Assembly (NCBI GenBank): GCA_943914435.1
Contig: CALUBY010000001.1
Location: 27,876 to 51,875, forward strand
Length of the DNA: 24,000 bases
Origin: an uncultured bacterium
GTDB taxonomy: Bacteria > Patescibacteriota > Minisyncoccia > Phycocordibacterales > Phycocordibacteraceae
Direction: 5' to 3'
The position numbers were made by a program, and so were the translations under genes. The notes beneath the pieces are model-generated. The model ran no database searches. It was given only the letters and a program-made list of their open reading frames with translations, and was not told the origin of the DNA. The first letter of the stretch is position 1, and every line of letters starts with the position of its first letter. Below are positions 15,912-22,158 of this stretch, one piece after another.

Positions 15912-16457
15912 ATGAATGCAGTCCATACCCCCGTCGCTCAGGATGAGCGCACTAAGCTCGGTATCCGCCCGGGCGATACTGTTCGTGTACACCAGAAGGT
16001 GGTTGAGAAGGGAAAGACCCGTCTCCAGGTATTTGAAGGACTTGTCCTTGCGGTTAAGCACGGCACTGAAGCAGGAGCAACGTTTACCGTTCGCGCCACA
16101 CTATCGGGTGTTGGTGTTGAGAAAATCTTCCCGCTCTACAGCCCTATTATCGAAAAGATTGATATTGTTCGTCGCTCGAAGGTTCGTCGCGCAAAGCTCT
16201 ACTTCATTCGTGAGAAGGTGGCTCGTGAGGTTCGTCGCCAGCTTCGCAACATGCGCATGGTCAATCTTTCAACGACTGACTTCAAAGAAGAAGAGAAGCC
16301 AGAGGTTGCCGAGGAGGTTCTATCTGAGGAAGTATCTGCAGCACCGGAGATTGTTGTTGAGGTAGATACCGTTCCTGAGGGAGACCAGGATGTCGTTACT
16401 CCTGAGGAGGTTGCCGCAGAAGAGTCACGCGAAGAGAAGAAGAACGAAGAAGCGTAG
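15912..16457 (+). CDS. rplS: 50S ribosomal protein L19 with acidic C-terminal extension
   Basis: I place the start at [39 protein letters not shown]...FTVR...[33 protein letters not shown] is canonical L19. It is followed by ~65 aa rich in E/V/P ([16 protein letters not shown]...). Confidence 0.9.
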   Translation: MNAVHTPVAQDERTKLGIRPGDTVRVHQKVVEKGKTRLQVFEGLVLAVKHGTEAGATFTVRATLSGVGVEKIFPLYSPIIEKIDIVRRSKVRRAKLYFIREKVAREVRRQLRNMRMVNLSTTDFKEEEKPEVAEEVLSEEVSAAPEIVVEVDTVPEGDQDVVTPEEVAAEESREEKKNEEA

Positions 16458-16481
16458 ACTTGGAAAGAAGTTGTAAATACA

Positions 16482-16517
16482 AGGAAGGCCCGCTATAGTA
16501 TGCGGGCCTTCCTGTTT
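16482..16517 (+). terminator. rho-independent terminator after rplS
   Basis: 12-bp stem AGGAAGGCCCGC / GCGGGCCTTCCT, 8-nt loop, followed by GTTT. Confidence 0.7.
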
Positions 16518-16533
16518 GGAAAGCGCGACCCTT

Positions 16534-16615
16534 GCCCGGGTGTTGAAATTGGTAGACAAGCATCCTTGAGGTGGATGTGCCGCAAGGCGTGGAGGTTCAA
16601 GTCCTCTCTCGGGCA
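16534..16615 (+). tRNA. tRNA-Leu (anticodon GAG)
   Basis: Class II tRNA: GCCCGGG-TG-TTG-AAATTGGTAGA-CAA-G-CATCC-TTGAGGT-GGATG-TGCCGCAAGGCGT-GGAGG-TTCAAGT-CCTCT-CTCGGGC-A. No CCA (followed by CTA). Confidence 0.9.
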
Positions 16616-16624
16616 CTATAACGA

Positions 16625-16661
16625 AAGAGACCAGGGCGTGAGCTCTGGTCTCTTATCGTTT
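16625..16661 (+). terminator. hairpin terminator after tRNA-Leu
   Basis: 10-bp stem AAGAGACCAG / CTGGTCTCTT, 10-nt loop, tail ATCGTTT. Confidence 0.6.
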
Positions 16662-16805
16662 AGTAGTCCTCTCTGTTTCGAGACACTGCTCCTGTAGGGA
16701 GAAAGTCCTCTCGAATCCTATCGCGTGACTTATGAACGTAGTGAATTAGTCATACGTGACCAAGTCCTTCCATCCAGGCGACTTAGTCGCGTGACCAAGT
16801 CCTCC
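16657..16805 (+). repeat. cluster of short direct repeats related to the tRNA-Leu T-arm/3' region
   Basis: AGTCCT recurs at 16665, 16704, 16763 and 16798, extending to 8-10 nt matches with tRNA-Leu positions 16598-16609 (CAAGTCCTCTCT). CGTGACCAAGTCCT is duplicated exactly (16755-16768, 16790-16803). TCGCGTGAC is duplicated (16721-16729, 16787-16795). Confidence 0.8.
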
Positions 16806-16811
16806 TAATCG

Positions 16812-16820
16812 TGTTATAAC
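16812..16820 (+). promoter_or_regulatory. extended -10 element TGtTATAAC for tRNA-His-mscL
   Basis: Ends 10 nt before the tRNA-His G-1 (16831). GTGACC (16791-16796) lies at the -35 position. Confidence 0.45.
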
Positions 16821-16830
16821 CCATCTACAT

Positions 16831-16906
16831 GGCGGCTATGGTGTAACGGTTAACACTACAGATTGTGGTTCTGTCAATTCGGGTTCGATTCCCGGTAGCC
16901 GCCCCA
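16831..16906 (+). tRNA. tRNA-His (anticodon GTG) with encoded G-1 and CCA
   Basis: G-GCGGCTA-TG-GTGT-AACGGTTA-ACAC-T-ACAGA-TTGTGGT-TCTGT-CAAT-TCGGG-TTCGATT-CCCGG-TAGCCGC-C-CCA. G-1 pairs with C73, as in bacterial tRNA-His. Confidence 0.9.
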
Positions 16907-16926
16907 AGAAATAACCGATCCTTCGT

Positions 16927-17334
16927 ATGAAATCATTTTGGAAAGAATTCAAAGCGTTCGCTCTACGAGGTAATGCAATTGACCTTGCCATTGGTGTGGT
17001 AATTGGTGCTGCGTTTACGGCAATTACGAATTCACTCGTAACAAACATCATCACGCCGCCGCTCTCGCTTCTTACACGCGGTATTAACTTTGCAGATCTC
17101 GCGTTTCGGGTGCCGACCACTGACGCGGAAATTCAGTATGGCTTGTTCATACAGGCAGTCATTACCTTTACTATCACGGCGTTCGCGCTTTTCCTTTTGG
17201 TGAAGCTTATTAATCGACTTCAGCAGATTGCCCGCAAAGAACAGCAAGAGGGCACCGCTCCTCCCGCACAAAAGAGTCCTGAGCTTATGGTGCTTGAGGA
17301 TATCCGCGACGCTCTTAAGAAGGGTGACGTATAA
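16927..17334 (+). CDS. mscL: large-conductance mechanosensitive channel MscL
   Basis: 135 aa. FKAFALRGNAIDLAIGVVIGAAFTAITNSLVTNIITPPL is the canonical MscL TM1 region. A second TM helix and a charged C-terminal helix follow. Confidence 0.9.
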   Translation: MKSFWKEFKAFALRGNAIDLAIGVVIGAAFTAITNSLVTNIITPPLSLLTRGINFADLAFRVPTTDAEIQYGLFIQAVITFTITAFALFLLVKLINRLQQIARKEQQEGTAPPAQKSPELMVLEDIRDALKKGDV

Positions 17335-17337
17335 CGC

Positions 17338-17976
17338 ATGAAGCACCTCCTCATCGCTTCAGGGCTTTTGGTGGGGATTGCGATTATCGGATTCCTGTAC
17401 CGTAACGCCGTTGAAGAACCGAGTACACGGCCTTCTGGGGTGGCATGCACCATGGAAGCAAAGATATGCCCTGATGGCACTGCAGTCGGTCGTCAGGGGC
17501 CTTCCTGTGACTTCTCCCCGTGTCTGTATCCAAATGTAGAGCTCGAGAGTGTAGGTGTCGCATTTGCCGTTCCCGATGGATACGTTTCTGATGAGGGAGT
17601 GCGTACCGGTGAATCCTCGAGCATTGCCGCATTTTCGAAAGTCACCGACACAAACAAGCAGGTGATCTCCGTGCACAGGCACCTTATTCCAGATGGGGAG
17701 ACCGCTATCGCCGTCATTGAGGCGATAGTGTCGGGAGACGAGTCTTCGTCCCTTGAGGCCGTGTCGCTTTTTGGGAAGGAATTCAGGGTCGCCTCAGCGG
17801 AACAATCTGATGTGGTAGTAACGAGCTACTTCCTTGCGCGAGAGAGGGACGTGCTTAGGTTTGATATCAGAGAGCACCGTACTCCCTTGGAGGCTGATGA
17901 GGAGTTTGACCGTGAACCGTTGCCGGAGCACCAGGCCCTCCTTGGTATGCTTCGAACGCTACAAACGGCACCATAA
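17338..17976 (+). CDS. secreted/membrane-anchored hypothetical protein with 4-Cys motif
   Basis: 212 aa. N-terminal signal/anchor helix, then CTMEAKICPDGTAVGRQGPSCDFSPC (4 Cys), then an acidic domain. It starts 3 nt after the mscL stop. Confidence 0.55.
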   Translation: MKHLLIASGLLVGIAIIGFLYRNAVEEPSTRPSGVACTMEAKICPDGTAVGRQGPSCDFSPCLYPNVELESVGVAFAVPDGYVSDEGVRTGESSSIAAFSKVTDTNKQVISVHRHLIPDGETAIAVIEAIVSGDESSSLEAVSLFGKEFRVASAEQSDVVVTSYFLARERDVLRFDIREHRTPLEADEEFDREPLPEHQALLGMLRTLQTAP

Positions 17977-18028
17977 TCGCCTAATGGGGGCTGTGCTACC
18001 ATAGGACCAAGCCAATAATCGAACCACT

Positions 18029-18814
18029 ATGAAAACGTTTATCGATGAATTTTCCAGTAATCGCACAGTACGCATAGCAGCAGTTGCGGTTCTTATTTTC
18101 CTTGCACTCTTCCTTCTTGTGAAGACATGGGATGCGGCATTTGGTCGTGATATTAATGACGGATTCAACACGATTGCGGTTGAGGGAACGGGCCGAGCTG
18201 CCATGGTTCCGGACACGGCACGCATTACCTTTACCGTGATGGAGACGGCAGAAGACGTGGCTTCTGCACAGGAAGCAGCAACCGAAAAGACGGATGCGGC
18301 CCTTGCAGCACTCGAAGACATGAACATTGACGATCGTGACGTGAAGACACTTTCGTACAATGTCTCACCAAAATACTCGTACCCACGTCCTTGCTATGGG
18401 GTTTGCCCGCCGACAACTGACGTCACCACAATCATTGGATACGATGTAATGCAGACGATTGAGGTACGGGTGCGTGACACCGCAAAGGCAGGTGACGTAC
18501 TTGGTACTCTTGGTACCCTCGGTGTCCAGAACATCTCAGGCCCTGAGTTTATCGTTGATGACGAAGCTTCTGTTATGGCTGAGGCACGAGAAGAGGCTAT
18601 TGATGAGGCGCGCGCTAAAGCAAAAGAACTCGCAAAGGCTCTTGGAGTGCGACTCGGAAAGATCTCCTCGTTCTCAGAAGGTTCACCGTCTGATATGTAT
18701 GGTTACGGCAAGGGAGGCATGATGATGGATGCGGCACTACAGTCCGCACCAACGCTTCCTATGGGAGAGAATGAAACCGAGGTTTCGGTTATAATCATCT
18801 ACGAGATTCACTAA
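18029..18814 (+). CDS. SIMPL (DUF541) domain periplasmic/surface protein
   Basis: 261 aa. N-terminal TM anchor. VEGTGRAAMVPDTARITFTV ... GYDVMQTIEVRVRD ... ISGPEFIVDD ... EAREEAIDEARAKAKELAKALGVRLGKI follows the SIMPL/26-kDa immunogenic protein family pattern. Confidence 0.75.
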   Translation: MKTFIDEFSSNRTVRIAAVAVLIFLALFLLVKTWDAAFGRDINDGFNTIAVEGTGRAAMVPDTARITFTVMETAEDVASAQEAATEKTDAALAALEDMNIDDRDVKTLSYNVSPKYSYPRPCYGVCPPTTDVTTIIGYDVMQTIEVRVRDTAKAGDVLGTLGTLGVQNISGPEFIVDDEASVMAEAREEAIDEARAKAKELAKALGVRLGKISSFSEGSPSDMYGYGKGGMMMDAALQSAPTLPMGENETEVSVIIIYEIH

Positions 18815-18828
18815 GAACTCGTGCCAGG

Positions 18829-18864
18829 AAGAACAGCCCCGCTTAGGCGGGGCTGTTCTTATTT
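18829..18864 (+). terminator. rho-independent terminator after the SIMPL gene
   Basis: 14-bp stem AAGAACAGCCCCGC / GCGGGGCTGTTCTT, loop TTAG, tail ATTT. Confidence 0.8.
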
Positions 18865-18891
18865 GACACCGTACCCAGGCCACAGTATGCT
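18863..18891 (+). promoter_or_regulatory. candidate sigma70-like promoter upstream of secE-nusG
   Basis: TTGACA (18863-18868), 17-nt spacer, TATGCT (18886-18891). Confidence 0.4.
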
Positions 18892-18901
18892 TGTTTTATA
18901 T

Positions 18902-18925
18902 AAGGCCCGCGGGGCTTTTTTATTT
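18902..18925 (+). terminator. short hairpin plus U-tract in the secE leader (attenuator or second tandem terminator)
   Basis: AAGGCCC-GCG-GGGCTTT forms a 7-bp stem (one G:T pair) with a 3-nt loop, followed by TTTATTT. It lies between the candidate promoter and the secE ATG. Confidence 0.35.
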
Positions 18926-18937
18926 ACCGGAACCACC

Positions 18938-19126
18938 ATGAAAACCTTCTTCACCTACCTCAGAAATGTGCGCGGCGAGCTTGTACATGTGGTATGGCCT
19001 GATCGCACACAGGCTATCATCCACACGGTGCTTATCATCGTTGTGTCCGCCATTGCAGCGCTCTACCTCTCGGGTCTCGATTACGTCTTTTCAGGCGTGG
19101 TAAATCGACTGGTCACGGGTTACTAG
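18938..19126 (+). CDS. secE: preprotein translocase subunit SecE
   Basis: 62 aa from the internal Met. MKTFFTYLRNVRGELVHVVWPDRTQAIIHTVLIIVVSAIAALYL is the typical single-TM bacterial SecE (F..v..El.kV.WP....). It sits immediately upstream of nusG. Confidence 0.8.
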   Translation: MKTFFTYLRNVRGELVHVVWPDRTQAIIHTVLIIVVSAIAALYLSGLDYVFSGVVNRLVTGY

Positions 19127-19148
19127 CACCTCTTAACGCCCTGTATCT

Positions 19149-19715
19149 ATGGAAATAAACGCACCGCACTTTGCCGAGGACGGACAGGATCAGACACCGC
19201 GCTGGTACACCATTCACACGTATGCCGGGTATGAGAACGCTGTTGAGCGTAACCTAAAGCAGCGCATTGAGAGTCTTGGTATGGAGAACAAAATCTTTGA
19301 GGTTGTTGTTCCAACAGAGAAGAAGATTCGAGTAAAGGGAGGAAAGCGCATTGTTGAGGAAGAAAAGATCTACCCGGGTTACATTCTTGTGCGCATGGTT
19401 GTGGACGAAGACTCATGGTTTGTGGTTCGTAACACGCCGCGCGTTACCGGATTTGTGGGGGCAGGGAATACTCCGGTGCCGATGGATGAGAGCGAGATAC
19501 AGGGTCTCATGAAGCGTATGGGTCAGGAAGCACCAAAACACCGTATCGATCTCATGAAGGACGATCCTGTGGTTATTGTCGACGGTCCGTTCAAGGATCT
19601 CGAAGGTAAGATTGGTGAAATAGACGAAGAACGAGGCAAGGTGAAGGTTATGGTCGCGATGTTCGGTCGCGAAACACCGGTCGAGCTCGACTTCTTGCAA
19701 ATCAGGAAGCTATAG
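19149..19715 (+). CDS. nusG: transcription termination/antitermination factor NusG
   Basis: 188 aa. NGN domain (WYTIHTYAGYENAVERNL...PGYILVRM) and C-terminal KOW motif (VVIVDGPFKDLEGKIGEIDEERGKVKVMV). Confidence 0.92.
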   Translation: MEINAPHFAEDGQDQTPRWYTIHTYAGYENAVERNLKQRIESLGMENKIFEVVVPTEKKIRVKGGKRIVEEEKIYPGYILVRMVVDEDSWFVVRNTPRVTGFVGAGNTPVPMDESEIQGLMKRMGQEAPKHRIDLMKDDPVVIVDGPFKDLEGKIGEIDEERGKVKVMVAMFGRETPVELDFLQIRKL

Positions 19716-19763
19716 GAAAAACACGAGAAGACCTGTTCCGTAGAAGGGAAAAGGCTCTCCAAA

Positions 19764-19792
19764 TTGACCCAAACTCTTATTTAGGATACATT
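19764..19792 (+). promoter_or_regulatory. sigma70-like promoter of rplK
   Basis: TTGACC (19764-19769), 17-nt spacer, TACATT (19787-19792). ATG 19801 is 8 nt downstream. No SD. Confidence 0.45.
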
Positions 19793-19800
19793 CCACACAC

Positions 19801-20217
19801 ATGGCAAAAGCAATTAAGAAGATCAAGCTCCAGATTCCTGGAGGAAAAGCTACTCCGGCTCCTCCGGTTGGTACGGTGCTCGGCCCTGCGGGCGTGAACA
19901 TTGGTGACTTTGTTAACAAGTTCAACGAGCAGACCCGTGACCAGATGGGTGTGATTATTCCGGTGGAAATGACCGTCTACGACGATCGAACCTTTACGTT
20001 CGTTCTGAAGGTGTCTCCAATGTCCCGTCTTATCCTTAAGGCGCTCGGTATCGAAAAGGGTTCAGCAAAGACTCCTTCGAAGGTTGGAACGCTCACCAAG
20101 GAGCAGGTTCGTGAGATTGCAGAGACGAAGATGCCTGACCTTTCAGCAGGTTCTATCGAAGCCGCTGAGCGTATCGTCGAAGGTACGGCGAAGAGCATGG
20201 GTGTTGCTATAAAGTAA
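19801..20217 (+). CDS. rplK: 50S ribosomal protein L11
   Basis: 138 aa. [37 protein letters not shown] ... is the canonical L11 N-terminal domain. Confidence 0.95.
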   Translation: MAKAIKKIKLQIPGGKATPAPPVGTVLGPAGVNIGDFVNKFNEQTRDQMGVIIPVEMTVYDDRTFTFVLKVSPMSRLILKALGIEKGSAKTPSKVGTLTKEQVREIAETKMPDLSAGSIEAAERIVEGTAKSMGVAIK

Positions 20218-20230
20218 CGGTGAGGTGAAG

Positions 20231-20269
20231 AAAAAAGCGCGCAGGTTTGCCTGCGCGCTTTTTTCGTTT
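20231..20269 (+). terminator. strong rho-independent terminator directly after rplK
   Basis: 15-bp stem AAAAAAGCGCGCAGG / CCTGCGCGCTTTTTT, loop TTTG, followed by CGTTT. Confidence 0.85.
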
Positions 20270-20288
20270 ACAGTGCACATACCTTCCA

Positions 20289-21632
20289 ATGGATTACTCC
20301 CAGACTGCTGGCCAGGGCTATGATTCGATACGCACATCGGATGCGGTCATTCAGCGTCTGCAAGCAAACCATCCAACGCTTATTGATTTAACCACGGGCC
20401 GAGTCGAGCGATTGCTCGCTGCACTTGATAGGCCAGACCAGAAGCTTCCGCCGGTACTGCATGTGGCAGGAACGAATGGAAAGGGCTCAACCGTTGCCTA
20501 TATGCGAGCCATTGCCGAGGCTGCGGGGCTTACGACACACGTGCTTACGTCGCCGCACCTCGTGCGCTTTGCGGAGCGGATTCGAATCGCGGGAAAACTC
20601 ATTACCGATGATGAGCTTAGTGTGCTTATTGATAGAGTTGAGGCCGCTAATGCAGGTGAGCCCATAAGCTTTTTTGAGATAACCACCGTACTCGCATTTT
20701 TGGCCTTTGCTGAAACACCCGCCGATGTATGTATTGTTGAGGTCGGACTCGGGGGCCGATTTGACGCGACCAATATTTTTGCACAACCCGCCGTTAGCGT
20801 GATTACGCCCGTTGATTACGATCATCTGGAGTTGCTCGGTCCCGAGCTATCAAAGATTGCCTGGGAGAAAGCAGGGATTATAAAGGCGGGTTGTCCGGTT
20901 GTCGTTGCTCGTCAGCACGAGGAATCTCTTCAGGTAATTGAGCGAGAAGCGATTGAGAAAGGTGCAGAGATGCGTCTCATGGGTCGAGACTTTGATGTAA
21001 AAGAGGAAAATGAGCATCTTTGGATGCAAGTAGGAGACCGCCCCCTCAGTCTTTCGAAACCAAGCTTGTTGGGAGGGCATCAGTTTGAGAACGCAGGTCT
21101 TGCGGTCGCCGCAATGCTTACGTTCGACCCAAGCCTTTCGGACGAGGTGCTGAGTGCGGGTGTTAGTAATGCGGTGTGGCCTGCACGCATGCAGCGACTG
21201 ACAGATGGACCGTTAGGCACTCTTGCAGAAGCAAGGGGTGCTGAGCTGTGGCTTGATGGAGGACATAATCCTCACGCAGGAAAGGCGCTTGCTGAGGCGG
21301 TGTATCAAATGAATGTGGCCGAGGAAAGACCGCTGATTCTCGTTGTGGGAATGTTCGCCCGAAAGGACGCCAAAGGCTTTCTTCTTCCGTTTCTGCCGCT
21401 AGGTCCCAGGGTAATAACTACCACGTTCGCAAGCCCTTCTGCCGCCAGTGGAGATGATCTAAAAGCCGCAGCAGATGAAGTAGGTCTTCAGTCTGAAACA
21501 GCACACGATGTCACTGAGGCAGTAACCCGCGCGCTAGAGACAGACGGTCCTGCACCAAGAATACTGATTTGCGGCGGACTGCACTTTGCAGGCGAAGTAC
21601 TATTGATGAGTGAGGAGACGTGGCCGACGTAA
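20289..21632 (+). CDS. folC: folylpolyglutamate synthase / dihydrofolate synthase (FolC, Mur ligase superfamily)
   Basis: 447 aa from MDYSQ. P-loop HVAGTNGKGST, VEVGLGGRFDATN, and the FolC-type C-terminal domain. The upstream TTG in the track ORF lies inside the rplK terminator. Confidence 0.85.
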   Translation: MDYSQTAGQGYDSIRTSDAVIQRLQANHPTLIDLTTGRVERLLAALDRPDQKLPPVLHVAGTNGKGSTVAYMRAIAEAAGLTTHVLTSPHLVRFAERIRIAGKLITDDELSVLIDRVEAANAGEPISFFEITTVLAFLAFAETPADVCIVEVGLGGRFDATNIFAQPAVSVITPVDYDHLELLGPELSKIAWEKAGIIKAGCPVVVARQHEESLQVIEREAIEKGAEMRLMGRDFDVKEENEHLWMQVGDRPLSLSKPSLLGGHQFENAGLAVAAMLTFDPSLSDEVLSAGVSNAVWPARMQRLTDGPLGTLAEARGAELWLDGGHNPHAGKALAEAVYQMNVAEERPLILVVGMFARKDAKGFLLPFLPLGPRVITTTFASPSAASGDDLKAAADEVGLQSETAHDVTEAVTRALETDGPAPRILICGGLHFAGEVLLMSEETWPT

Positions 21633-21639
21633 TTCCTAC

Positions 21640-22143
21640 CTACTGTCTCTCAAGGTCGAGCCAGGTGTAGTGCAGTCCCTCGTGGACGCGTTCTTCACGA
21701 GCGATTTCTTTTGAAAACTCTTCCTCGTATCGAGGGAAAAATACATCACCCTCCTTTCGATCATGAATAAGTGTCAGATAGAGACGATGTGCAAAGGGAA
21801 GGGCGCATTCGTATACCTGTTGGCCGCCAATCGCAAATATCTCGTCTGATCCCTCAGCGTCCCGCGCAAGAGACAAGGCTTCAGGGAAGGACCGGGCAAG
21901 TACTGCGCCCGGTGCGCTATAGGAGGAATCCCGTGTAATCACGATGTTTGTACGCCCTGGAAGGGGCTGGAAGCTCCTAGGAAGCGATTCCCATGTCTTC
22001 CGACCCATGATAACCGGATGGCCGTTTGTAAGCCTCTTAAAGCGTCTGAGGTCGTCTGGGATACTCCACAGAAGCGCATTGTCCTTGCCAATGGCACGAT
22101 TATTACCAATTGCCACAATGATACTAATTCGCTCAGGGGTCAT
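21640..22143 (-). CDS. folA: dihydrofolate reductase
   Basis: 167 aa. IVAIGNNRAIGKDNALLWSIPDDLRRFKRLTNGHPVIMGRKTWESLP...LPGRTNIVITR is the canonical DHFR signature. Confidence 0.92.
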   Translation of the reverse strand: MTPERISIIVAIGNNRAIGKDNALLWSIPDDLRRFKRLTNGHPVIMGRKTWESLPRSFQPLPGRTNIVITRDSSYSAPGAVLARSFPEALSLARDAEGSDEIFAIGGQQVYECALPFAHRLYLTLIHDRKEGDVFFPRYEEEFSKEIAREERVHEGLHYTWLDLERQ

Positions 22144-22149
22144 TAATCG

Positions 22150-22158
22150 ACTATATCA
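22150..22158 (-). promoter_or_regulatory. extended -10 element TGATATAGT for folA
   Basis: The reverse complement of 22150-22158, 6 nt upstream of ATG 22143. Confidence 0.4.

Noticed and set aside
6130-16550. The 10.4-kb interval bounded by direct 19-nt tRNA-Leu repeats, considered as an integrated genomic island (attL/attR).
   Set aside because: The interval holds core housekeeping genes (ruvA, rpsT, ruvX, uppS, rplS, the pilMNO unit, five tRNAs). It has no integrase, no phage or plasmid genes, and no composition change that I can see. The repeat is reported as a finding, but the island interpretation is not supported.
16721-16805. Degenerate ~33-35 nt periodic repeats starting with CG(C)GTGAC, considered as a possible mini CRISPR array.
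   Set aside because: There are only about three units. The shared part is 9-14 nt rather than a full 25-37 nt repeat. There are no unique spacers of regular length and no cas genes. The units are better explained as tRNA-derived or promoter-proximal duplications.
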